Source of the DNA: an uncultured Candidatus Peribacteria bacterium | GTDB lineage: Bacteria > Patescibacteriota > Gracilibacteria > Peribacterales > Peribacteraceae | Length of the DNA: 64,000 bases | NCBI GenBank assembly: GCA_964436765.1 | Contig: CAYTEH010000002.1 | Span: 9,238-73,237 of the forward strand | Reading direction: 5' to 3' | Position numbers and translations under genes: made by a program | Shown: positions 52,970 to 64,000 of the stretch, one piece after another | Layout of the letters: every line of letters starts with the position of its first letter | How positions within the stretch are numbered: the first letter of the stretch is position 1 | Notes under the pieces: generated by a model | What the model saw: the letters and a program-made list of their open reading frames with translations, nothing else | Databases searched by the model: none | What the model was told of the DNA's origin: nothing

Positions 52970-53899
52970 ATGCCGCTCTCTGTTCTGCTCCGGTCGTCCT
53001 ATGCTCTCTGCAACCGTCTGAGCAGGCCGCTCGTGGCGGGCGTGCTTGCATTCGGCATCCTCACTGCCACGCTGCAGGCGGGGACGTGGGCGCAGGCAGG
53101 CGTCCTCCTGATGCAGCAGATGAAGGGGATGGTGAGCACCGAGCGTTACGCGGAGATCGAACGGCTGATCGCCGGGGATGCCACGGTGAATGCGGAAAAA
53201 ATCGGAACGGCGCTTTCGACCGAGCTGGATCTGAAACTCAAATCCATGACCCAGACCGAGCAGATGCAGTACATCGAGCGCTTGATCGTGGGCATCGTGT
53301 CGGGCGCGGGAGCGGTTCTGTGGGCGTTTCTCCTGGGGCTTGTCGCCCTGTTCGTGTTCTCCCGCTCATACGCGCTCACGCTTGCGGCCCTCGCGCCAAA
53401 GACGGTCATCGGCGCGCTGCGCGAGACCGTGAGGAGATTCCCCGGCTTGGCGGGTACGTGGCTGCTGATGGCGATCGCATCGTGCCTGTGGATGCCCGGC
53501 GCGACGTTCCTCCTCGGCTTCGGAAGGCCCGAAATGTTCCTCCTTACCCTGCCGTCGGTCGCGCTGCCCGTCGCGCTCTACCCGCGTTTCGCGTATGCGC
53601 CGGTCATCAGGCTGCAGGAGCATCTTTCCTGCATGCACTGCGTACGCGCGAGTTTTGCGCGCACGCGGGGCCGGTGGTGGGTCTCCGCATCGGGCCTTGT
53701 GGGCCTGTCGGTCTCGGTGTGGCTTGGGATGACGCTGCTGCGCACATCGCTCCAGCTCCTCGTCGATTCCGTGCTGCCGTATTCCTTCATGGCGATGATG
53801 CTCTACCTGCTTGTGCCGTTCCTGCACCTTGCGGCGTCCGCTTTCCGGGCGTGCGGCCTCGTGACGCTCAAGCAGACGTTGGCTCCGGCGGCACGGTGA
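52970..53899 (+). CDS. Multi-TM membrane protein, orphan family (paralog 3 of 24655/25558)
   Basis: FARTRGRWWVSASGLVGL block in the same relative position. About 6 TM helices. ATG 52970 lies inside ORF 52913.. Confidence 0.6.
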   Translation: MPLSVLLRSSYALCNRLSRPLVAGVLAFGILTATLQAGTWAQAGVLLMQQMKGMVSTERYAEIERLIAGDATVNAEKIGTALSTELDLKLKSMTQTEQMQYIERLIVGIVSGAGAVLWAFLLGLVALFVFSRSYALTLAALAPKTVIGALRETVRRFPGLAGTWLLMAIASCLWMPGATFLLGFGRPEMFLLTLPSVALPVALYPRFAYAPVIRLQEHLSCMHCVRASFARTRGRWWVSASGLVGLSVSVWLGMTLLRTSLQLLVDSVLPYSFMAMMLYLLVPFLHLAASAFRACGLVTLKQTLAPAAR

Positions 53900-54836
53900 G
53901 CGTAAGCACGTGGGGATCGCGGTCGGACATGGGGTAATGCCGCACATAGCCGGGCATGGAGGAATCGCGTCCGACCTCGCTCACTTTGCCGTGATACGTG
54001 AAACCAGCGGATGTGTGGAGCGGTATCAGCCCCGGGCTCGTGAGCGAGAAGACGTTCGCGGTTTTCCCGTGTCCCGCGTTGATCAGCGCCTGTTTTTTGA
54101 GCGGCCCGAATGCCAACCTCCCTGCGCCGTTGCCCATGTAGCCCGACCAGTAGGCCGAAAATTCCTGCCAGCCGTCTTCGTGCCGGAACAGGGAAAAACC
54201 GGTGAGCGGCGAATCGCCCGCTCGCACCACTTCGTGCTCCCGCATGAGGCTGGCGAGCGCAGCGGGGCTCCTCTTCCGGAAGATGCCTTCGTCGACGTAT
54301 TTTTGGTAAATCTCTTCGAAAATAGGCTCTTCCACCGGTCGCAGTTTGGAGTACGTCACTTTTGCGGGGTCGTAGAGCATGGTGCCCTGTCCTTTCCACT
54401 GGTTGATTTCGGCGATGATGTTGTCCGTGAGCACGGCTTTGTCCACATGCGGGAGCATGTCTTTGGCCGTCTGCAACACCGGGCGCATGTGCAGGGCCGC
54501 TTCGATGCGCTCGTGCGTTCCCGTCATCACTTTCTGCAGGCTTTCGGTCCCCATCAGCGAGACCAGCTTTCCGTCGGTATCGGTGATGCCTCCTTCTTTC
54601 CTGAGGAAAAAGACCTCCTGAATTCCCGCACTCCTGTCCCGCGCCAGCCGCACGGCGCCGTCCAGGTCCGGCTGCAGCAGGATTTTCATATGGAGAGACC
54701 GGAGAAAATCGATCGTCTGCTCCAGTGTCTGGAGTGCGGATTGTTCCAGGGAATCCGGCACAATCAGGCAGGTCTTCCCGCTGTGGATGGTGTGGAACGC
54801 GTCGGCCGATGTGGGGTGCTTCGGGGAATTCATCAA
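53868..54836 (-). CDS. Amino-acid-kinase-like plus acetyltransferase-like protein (N-acetylglutamate-synthase-like architecture)
   Basis: The central FFLRKEGGITDTDGKLVSLM ... GQGTMLY resembles the C-terminal part of AAK folds. The C-terminal 150 aa resemble NAGS-type N-acetyltransferase domains. This is motif-level only. Confidence 0.45.
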   Translation of the reverse strand: MMNSPKHPTSADAFHTIHSGKTCLIVPDSLEQSALQTLEQTIDFLRSLHMKILLQPDLDGAVRLARDRSAGIQEVFFLRKEGGITDTDGKLVSLMGTESLQKVMTGTHERIEAALHMRPVLQTAKDMLPHVDKAVLTDNIIAEINQWKGQGTMLYDPAKVTYSKLRPVEEPIFEEIYQKYVDEGIFRKRSPAALASLMREHEVVRAGDSPLTGFSLFRHEDGWQEFSAYWSGYMGNGAGRLAFGPLKKQALINAGHGKTANVFSLTSPGLIPLHTSAGFTYHGKVSEVGRDSSMPGYVRHYPMSDRDPHVLTLTVPPEPTSA

Positions 54837-55094
54837 AATCTCCTCGCGTGGTGTTCCACGGAGGCGAAGGTTCTTCGGTCGGGTACTTACATGCGAACCG
54901 TCACCTCGGTGGAGGCGCTGCGACGCGGCTGACGGCGGGGCGGAAGAATTCGCACGGGGGGAAGTGTAGGAAAAATACCGGCGAGAGCAAGTTCATTTCG
55001 ACAGTTCGAGACAGGAAGGTTTTTGGTTTGTTCGTTCCTCGTTTTTCGTTTGAAACCAGAAGCGAAAAACAAGTAAACCAGAAACGTGCTTGGG

Positions 55095-57281
<2,187 letters not shown>

Positions 57282-57289
57282 CTAGCATG

Positions 57290-57353
57290 ATGGTCAGATG
57301 GTCAGATCGTCGAATGGCCGGATGGTCAATTGGCCATCTGGCCATTCGGCAAT
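57290..57353. repeat. Eight tandem degenerate octamers (consensus ATGGYCAR)
   Basis: atggtcag atggtcag atcgtcga atggccgg atggtcaa ttggccat ctggccat tcggcaat. The array starts 18 nt upstream of the ligA start codon, in the ligA/57461 divergent region. Confidence 0.6.
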
Positions 57354-57460
57354 TCACATGCTCCCTTTTTGCCACAGATACCACTCAGTTCACCTTCTCA
57401 TCCTCTGTCAATTCCATCCTATTGCACTCATTCAGTTTTGCCGATACATAAGCCTGCGAT

Positions 57461-57709
57461 ATGCCAGTACCCCACGACATCCAGGACCAACTCCAGAAGA
57501 TCGACGAGCAGCTGATCGACCTCCTCGCAGAACGCGTGAACTTCTGCAAGCGCGCCCTCGAAGAGGACGAAGAGGCGTTCGGAAGCGCGTCGCAGGCCGA
57601 GACCATCACCTACTGGGAAGAGGAAGCCGACGCGCGGGGCCTCAGCCTCGGAGGCATGAACCAGCTGTGCAAAATGGTGATGAAGCTGTGCAGGAACACC
57701 GAGGAGTAA
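57461..57709 (+). CDS. Small AroQ-type chorismate-mutase-like protein (82 aa)
   Basis: LQKIDEQLIDLLAERVNFCKRA matches the CM_2 helix-1 pattern L(R)..ID.ID..L..LL.eR, but the first catalytic Arg position is Gln. Confidence 0.45.
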   Translation: MPVPHDIQDQLQKIDEQLIDLLAERVNFCKRALEEDEEAFGSASQAETITYWEEEADARGLSLGGMNQLCKMVMKLCRNTEE

Positions 57710-57722
57710 ATCCCAAGCTCAA

Positions 57723-57756
57723 AGATCGAAGGCCAAAATGTTTTGACCTTCGATCT
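57723..57756. terminator. Bidirectional terminator-like hairpin (family C)
   Basis: agatcgaagg-ccaaaatgttttga-ccttcgatct, a 10-bp perfect stem between convergent genes. Confidence 0.6.
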
Positions 57757-57770
57757 TCGGATTTCAAACT

Positions 57771-59030
57771 TCAGAGGGCGTCGGCCCTCAGTACCGGTTC
57801 CGCGTGGCGCATATCGCCGGTGTGGCTCTTCTTCGTGCCCGTACATTCGCCGTTCATGTTCGTCTTGTCCTTTTCGGCCACAGCGAAGAGCGCGTTCTTC
57901 ACCTGTACGGGGGTCGCGCCGGTGTTCGTCTTGATATAGAGCGCGGCGGCACCGCTGACGTGCGGGGTGGCCATGCTCGTGCCGCTGATGGTGTTATAGA
58001 GCCCGCCTTTCCAGGTCGATTTGATGCTGACGCCCGGGGCACCGATGAGGCGCGCTTTGTCGGTGCTGCTCGAGGCATAGTTGCTGAAGCTCGCGAATGC
58101 ATCATCGTTGCTGTATCTCGTCTTGGGGCCCAGGCCGCACGGCTTGCCGTCACTGTCGCCGAGAGCCGAGACGACGATGACTTCCGGGAAGGCGGCCGGG
58201 ACGAAGCCGGAAAGGTTCCTGCCGTCGTTTCCTGCGGCAACGATAAAGGTGACGCCGGCATTGACCGCGTTGCAGATGGCTTTGCGGAGGGGCGAGCTGT
58301 TGCAGCTGCTGCCCGCGGAGCCGCCGCCGCCCAGGCTCATGCTGGCGATCTTGATGTGCGAGGCGTTCGCAGTGACCCAGTCGATGCCGCAGATCACGCT
58401 GCTCCAGCTGCCCGAGCCGTTATTGTCGAGCACGCGGACGGCCCAGAGCTTTGCTTCGGGAGCCACCCCCACCACCCCCACGCCGTTATCGAGCGCCGCG
58501 ATGGTGCCCGCCACGTGCGTGCCGTGTCCGTTGCCGTCCTCGAAGCTCGTTCCGGTGGAGCAGTTCTTGCCGCCGAGGATGTTGGCAGCGAGGTCGGGGT
58601 GGGTGGTATCGATGCCGGTATCGAGCACAGCGACTTCCACGCCGGTTCCTTTGTTCGTCTTGTTCTCCGCATTCACGCGGTCGATGCCGGTCGGAATTCC
58701 CTGGGTGCTCTGGAACATCGTCACTTCTTCATCCTGAAACACGCCTTCCACGTTCGGGTTGAACCGGAGCATCATCGCCTGCATATCGTCCATCTTCACC
58801 GTCATGCCGTGCAGCACATGCTGGAACAGCATGCTCACTTTTCCTTTGTTCTTCGCAGTGATCTCGTTGGCAATAGCTGCCGCATCCGCTCCGTCTTTCA
58901 GCATGACGATGTACTGGCCTGGAATTTTTATGCCCTTGGGTTTCGGCACAAGGTCGCCATCTTCGGCAGCCGAGAGCATGGGGACCAGCACGAGCAGCAG
59001 ACACAAAAACAGCGGAAACATCTTTCGCAT
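57771..59030 (-). CDS. Secreted subtilisin-family (S8) serine protease with an I9-like propeptide
   Basis: Signal peptide MRKMFPLFLCLLLVLVPMLSA. Catalytic triad motifs VAVLDTGID, HGTHVAGTIAA and GTSMATPHVSGAAAL. ATG 59030 lies inside ORF 57771..59120. Confidence 0.9.
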   Translation of the reverse strand: MRKMFPLFLCLLLVLVPMLSAAEDGDLVPKPKGIKIPGQYIVMLKDGADAAAIANEITAKNKGKVSMLFQHVLHGMTVKMDDMQAMMLRFNPNVEGVFQDEEVTMFQSTQGIPTGIDRVNAENKTNKGTGVEVAVLDTGIDTTHPDLAANILGGKNCSTGTSFEDGNGHGTHVAGTIAALDNGVGVVGVAPEAKLWAVRVLDNNGSGSWSSVICGIDWVTANASHIKIASMSLGGGGSAGSSCNSSPLRKAICNAVNAGVTFIVAAGNDGRNLSGFVPAAFPEVIVVSALGDSDGKPCGLGPKTRYSNDDAFASFSNYASSSTDKARLIGAPGVSIKSTWKGGLYNTISGTSMATPHVSGAAALYIKTNTGATPVQVKNALFAVAEKDKTNMNGECTGTKKSHTGDMRHAEPVLRADAL

Positions 59031-59138
59031 AGAAAAAGGGGCGGAAAGAGAGAAGAGCATGGCATACCAGCATACGTCGACCAAGCTTTTCCAGGATTTT
59101 CTGGCACTTGCCAGAAGCATTTTTTGAAGTGCATTACA

Positions 59139-59167
59139 TTGTTTTTCGGCTGTTTTTCGGGTATAAT
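59139..59167 (+). promoter_or_regulatory. Putative promoter TTGTTT-17nt-TATAAT
   Basis: Counted directly. It lies 26 nt upstream of ATG 59193. Confidence 0.4.
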
Positions 59168-59192
59168 TATTTGATTTTTATCCCTTCAACTT

Positions 59193-59561
59193 ATGAAAAA
59201 GTCGATACTCGTCGTGGAAGACCAGGAGGCCATCGCCCATGTATGGAAGCTGAAGTTTTCCCATCTTGGCTACGATGTCACGGTGGAGCACGACGGCCAG
59301 GCCGGCATGGACGCCATGCAGAAGGCCCGTTTCGACGTGATTCTTCTGGACCTGAACCTGCCGCACAAAAGCGGCCTCGAGATCCTCGCGGCCAAGCCCG
59401 GTTCGCCCAATGCCGAGACGCCGGTGTACGTCATCACGGCCTCGATGGACGATCACGAGATCGACCAGGCAAAACAACTGGGGGCTACCAGCACCTTCCT
59501 GAAATATAGGACCAATCCGGCCGAGGTAATTACTACTGTGCAAGAGGCAGTTGGTGCCTAA
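59193..59561 (+). CDS. Single-domain response regulator (CheY-like receiver)
   Basis: ILVVEDQEAIA...FDVILLDLNLPHKSG...PVYVITA carries the Asp pocket, the phospho-acceptor D, and the conserved T/K region. Confidence 0.85.
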   Translation: MKKSILVVEDQEAIAHVWKLKFSHLGYDVTVEHDGQAGMDAMQKARFDVILLDLNLPHKSGLEILAAKPGSPNAETPVYVITASMDDHEIDQAKQLGATSTFLKYRTNPAEVITTVQEAVGA

Positions 59562-59640
59562 ATGTGTCAATGTCATGGTTCCCTTCGGCACTGCTCAGGG
59601 CAAGCTCGCTCACAATGACATCTTGATACCTCTCATACAC

Positions 59641-60675
<1,035 letters not shown>

Positions 60676-60694
60676 GAGCGGGGATTGCCGAGAT

Positions 60695-61534
60695 TCAACG
60701 CAGGCGCTTTTGTCGTTTTCCAGACGTTCTCTTTGGCAAAAAATTCTCTCCGGATATCACGCTTTTTCCGGTCTTCGATTCCAGCTCTTTCCGCGCATGT
60801 TTCGCAACCTGTCCTCCCTGCTTCGCAGGAATTTTATTCTTCTCCAGTCCCCGGGCTTCCATGCTCTCTGCAATTTGACGGGTGGAAAGCTCCGCGAGAG
60901 CGGTCAAAATCAACTCAGCCTCGTTCATATGGTCGCGCAGGTTATGGGATTTCCCCAGGCTCTTGATCTCTTTGTGGCCTTTCACGGTCAGCTCAGACCA
61001 TTCCTGATGAATGATATTCGTGAGGATCGCATATTCGTCACCCGGCTGTACATCATGATCCTTCCAGTAATCGGTGAGTTTGTTCCGGGTCTCCTGACCC
61101 ATCATGCGTTGCTGGATCCACTTCTCACTTCGCCCATGTTTCTTCCAGAGTTCCCGCGCACGGTCCACCCCCTGTGACGGGTCCTGGATTTCGGCGATAC
61201 GCTCGGTGCCTACTTTTGCGAGCCAGAGTTTTATTGGTTCCGCTTTTTTGCTCGGAACTGATTGAATCAGTCGCAGCATGGTCTCAACATTGGCGACATC
61301 CGTCTCGTATTTTTTGCCATCCGCAGCCATTAATTTCAGTCGGTGACAATTTGTCACCGACTCATTTCCTTCCTCTTTCAATCTTTCTGCAAGTTTGTTC
61401 CAATATTTCCTTGCCGTTTGATAATCCGCTTGATCCGTGAGTGCAGCGACAATGTCGACAATAGAAAAATACCACTGCTCGTTATGCCAAATTTTGCGGA
61501 TTCTGCTTTGTTCGAATGGGATCATGGAATTCAT
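60695..61534 (-). CDS. BRO-N domain protein (DinD/antirepressor-like), low GC
   Basis: FEQSRIRKIWHNEQWYFSIVDIVAALTD is the BRO-N pattern (F....iR......WF...Dv...L). A helical C-terminal half follows. GC is visibly lower than the flanks. Confidence 0.7.
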   Translation of the reverse strand: MNSMIPFEQSRIRKIWHNEQWYFSIVDIVAALTDQADYQTARKYWNKLAERLKEEGNESVTNCHRLKLMAADGKKYETDVANVETMLRLIQSVPSKKAEPIKLWLAKVGTERIAEIQDPSQGVDRARELWKKHGRSEKWIQQRMMGQETRNKLTDYWKDHDVQPGDEYAILTNIIHQEWSELTVKGHKEIKSLGKSHNLRDHMNEAELILTALAELSTRQIAESMEARGLEKNKIPAKQGGQVAKHARKELESKTGKSVISGENFLPKRTSGKRQKRLR

Positions 61535-61813
61535 AGTAGGGGTGGAAGGTTGATGTGACAGGTGAACAAACGTACACCTTCTAAAAGCGCAACACAAGGT
61601 GAAATGTAGGCCATTTCTCTCTTATTGCATTCGCGCTGTTGCAATGGACTGTCGTCGATGAACAATCACACTTTCTATGACGCTTCATTAAATGTAGTAA
61701 ACACGCAAGACATCTGCATACACATTTCGATAACCTCCCCTTTTTTGTAATGGATGGGAACGGGTAGTGTCATCCTTATTAGATTTATTTCCCTATTTCC
61801 CTTCTTCCCACAT

Positions 61814-64000
61814 ATGCAGAAGACATATCGCACATTGTTGGCGGGATCCTGCGTGGCGGCCGTCGCGTCGTCCACGTTCTTGATCTCCGTCTTTGCCGCG
61901 CCCGCCTGTAACGGGAGCACGTTCGATTCTTTTACGCTCGGCAGCGTCAACGGCCAGGGCGGCTGGCAGGTGACCGGCGGCTACGACCAGGCGGTCGTGG
62001 ATAACGAGTACGGCTACGCCTTCGGCTGCAAGTCGCTCCGGCTCTCGAATGCCGTCACCAGCGGTTCGTTCGGCGACCAGACCTTCTCGCCGTCCAATGC
62101 AAACGAAGCGGGTGAAACATCCGCTACGGCCAACGGCTTCTCGGGTGGCACGCGCCAGACGCACTTCGAGGCGCAGTTCGATATCGGCACCACGGTAGCT
62201 ACCGAGCAACCGGGGCTCTTCGTGTCCGTCTCGCCCGACCGCGGCGACGGTTCCCGCATGAGCTACCTCGGCTTCGGCGATACCCCCGCGGGCATCAACG
62301 TGACGTTCTACGATGTGCAGGGCACCACGAACCCCGCCACCTTCGTCCCGACAGTGGTGGCCACGGGCCTTTCCCGCGCCACGTCCCACACCGCAAAGAT
62401 CGCGATGGATTTTGTCGACGGTCCCTCCAATGACGTCGTGAAAATCTATATCGATGGAAACCTTGTGCACACGGGCACGAGCTGGGAGAACTACTACCGC
62501 TACGACAGCGAAGCGTCCGCGGAGCAGACCCCGCGCACGACCGACTCCCTCCTCTTCCGCGCAGGCGGCACGGCCGCGCCCGGCACGAGTGGCAATGGCT
62601 TCGTGTTTGATAACTTCTCCATGAGCTCGGCCACTTTGCCCGCCGCGCCTCTCTTCTGGGTGGAAGAGGACACGACGCAGGTGAAAGTGGACTGGAAAGC
62701 CGTTCCAGGCGCGACATCGTACAACGTGTACCGCTCGCCCGATAACGTTACCTTCGCGCCCGTCTTCAGCGGCCCGGGCCTTACCTACACCGATACGGTC
62801 AGCGCAAATACCCACTACTGGTACCGCGTCACGTCCGTGAACGGTGACGGCGAAGCGGGTCTCGGTGCTCCCGCCCTCTACGCAGGCACGAAGACGGTGG
62901 TGATCGATGACGGCGCCATGGCCTCCGATTTCAATGCGTCCGGCACGGCCGTGCCCTCCTCCGGATGGGGTTCCTACGACGTGAACACGTCCGGCGCAGA
63001 GCAGATATTGGCCTATACGGTGGGCGGCGATAACTATTCCATCCCCGGCGCATACGGCGCCCAGACCTTCGACTGGACCACGGCCGGTGCGCTCAGCGGC
63101 AACTACAACGTGTATGTCGCGTATATCTGCGACTCCAGCCGCGGCACGGCCAGCTACAACGTCTACTCGGGCGCCAGCCAGCTCAACGGCGCACCCCTCG
63201 CCGTGAACCAGGGGCTCAAGAGCTCCGACGGCTCGCCGTGCGGATCGCAGACCGATGCAGCTTCGCAGCCCTACTGGAAGCTCCTGGGTACGTACAGCTT
63301 CAGCGGCAACGGCCGCGTGCAGCTTGCGTCCGCCACGGGTAACTACATCGTGGCCGACGCCGTGGCATTCACGCCCGTCGTGTCTTCCTCCAGCTCCTCT
63401 GCTGCGACCTCTTCCAGCGTCAGCAGCATGTCCAGCAGCACCTCCTCCGTGGGCTCCTGCCCCGTCACGGGGCTCGTCGGGTACTGGAAATTCGATGAAG
63501 GAACCGGCACCTCCACGGCCGATTCCTCGGGCAACGGCCACACGGGCACGCTCGAGAACGGCCCCGCATGGAGCACGGATGTCCCCTCCATCGGCGGACC
63601 GAACCCGTACTCGCTCTCCTTCGACGGTACCGATGACCAGGTGAGGGTGGCGGGCAGCAGCAGCCTCCAGTTTGGCACGGGATCCTTCACAGCATCGCTC
63701 TGGAGCAAGACGACCAGCGGCGACCGCTCCGTGATGGGCGACTTCACCACCGCCGGCCCGGGCAACCGCGGCTACGGCCTCTATTACTACAGCAGCAACC
63801 AGGTGAACTACTTCGGGTACGGTGACGGTGGCTCGAACGACGCCTCCAAACCGGGTGCCGTGCTCAACGGCGCCTGGCACCAGGTGACGGGCGTGTTCAC
63901 CCGCAGCGCGGGCAACGTGACGATCGATACCTACGTCGACGGCGTCCTCGCCGGCAGCAACACCGCTGCGGTGGGCAACATCACCTCCAATAGCGACCTC
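61814..64000 (+). CDS. Large secreted protein (at least 729 aa, 3' end outside window): N-terminal beta-sandwich region, FN3 domain, Ser-rich linker, LamG/concanavalin-like (Laminin_G_3) domain
   Basis: Open frame from ATG 61814 to the window end, absent from the ORF track because it has no stop. Signal peptide MQKTYRTLLAGSCVAAVASSTFLISVFAAPA. FN3: VKVDWKAVPGATSYNVYRS...YWYRVTSVNGDGE. Linker: SSSSSSAATSSSVSSMSSSTSS. LamG_3: LVGYWKFDEGTGTSTADSSGNGHTGTL...SLSFDGTDDQVRV...FGTGSFTASLW. Confidence 0.8.
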   Translation, partial: MQKTYRTLLAGSCVAAVASSTFLISVFAAPACNGSTFDSFTLGSVNGQGGWQVTGGYDQAVVDNEYGYAFGCKSLRLSNAVTSGSFGDQTFSPSNANEAGETSATANGFSGGTRQTHFEAQFDIGTTVATEQPGLFVSVSPDRGDGSRMSYLGFGDTPAGINVTFYDVQGTTNPATFVPTVVATGLSRATSHTAKIAMDFVDGPSNDVVKIYIDGNLVHTGTSWENYYRYDSEASAEQTPRTTDSLLFRAGGTAAPGTSGNGFVFDNFSMSSATLPAAPLFWVEEDTTQVKVDWKAVPGATSYNVYRSPDNVTFAPVFSGPGLTYTDTVSANTHYWYRVTSVNGDGEAGLGAPALYAGTKTVVIDDGAMASDFNASGTAVPSSGWGSYDVNTSGAEQILAYTVGGDNYSIPGAYGAQTFDWTTAGALSGNYNVYVAYICDSSRGTASYNVYSGASQLNGAPLAVNQGLKSSDGSPCGSQTDAASQPYWKLLGTYSFSGNGRVQLASATGNYIVADAVAFTPVVSSSSSSAATSSSVSSMSSSTSSVGSCPVTGLVGYWKFDEGTGTSTADSSGNGHTGTLENGPAWSTDVPSIGGPNPYSLSFDGTDDQVRVAGSSSLQFGTGSFTASLWSKTTSGDRSVMGDFTTAGPGNRGYGLYYYSSNQVNYFGYGDGGSNDASKPGAVLNGAWHQVTGVFTRSAGNVTIDTYVDGVLAGSNTAAVGNITSNSDL

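Noticed and set aside
57290-57353. Possible CRISPR or iteron array
   Set aside because: The units are only 8 nt with no spacers, so this is not a CRISPR array. No replication initiator gene is nearby, so an iteron role is unsupported. It is reported only as a tandem octamer repeat.
61793-63880. 695-aa ORF on the minus strand
   Set aside because: It is antisense to the FN3/LamG secreted-protein frame, which has a signal peptide and recognisable domains. The composition is that of a shadow ORF.

Overview
High-GC bacterial chromosomal segment with dense coding on both strands and the standard genetic code. No rRNA, CRISPR array, integrase or transposase was seen. Nt 1-13443 hold the spc/alpha ribosomal-protein operons (L5, S14, S8, L6, L18, S5, L15, SecY, Adk, Map, IF-1, L36, S13, S11, S4, RpoA, L17, L13, S9). 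There is no L30 gene, and an accessory insertion sits between rpsE and rplO. Missing L30, a Zn-type S14, extended S5/S11/IF-1 and many orphan membrane proteins suggest a CPR/Patescibacteria-like organism; this is inference only. The rest mixes housekeeping genes (tpiA, rpiB, rpe, purC, purB, ftsH, ligA, dprA, an RSH (p)ppGpp enzyme, pilT, tRNA-Thr, tRNA-Leu) with accessory blocks. (i) A three-gene orphan island at 13.6-15.9 kb encodes a protein with a caspase/legumain-like His-Gly / Ala-Cys dyad. (ii) A DsbA, HMA-membrane-cupredoxin and secreted-protein operon lies at 20.2-22.8 kb. (iii) An 11 kb glycosylation locus at 33.8-44.5 kb has a GT2 enzyme, an epimerase and five GT-C-type membrane proteins, one of them a double fusion of 984 aa; a TPR-GT-C protein lies at 16 kb. 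(iv) A tandem pair of very divergent orphan paralogs at 46.5-48.6 kb is each preceded by a near-identical promoter/leader module whose hairpin shows compensatory substitutions. (v) A low-GC BRO-N gene lies at 60.7-61.5 kb. (vi) A large secreted FN3/LamG protein runs off the 3' end and is absent from the ORF track. Three dispersed repeat families fill the intergenic space, and one of them also appears in-frame inside ligA. Both tRNAs carry a partial self-copy about 100 nt away. All functional calls come from reading motifs by eye; no database search was run.
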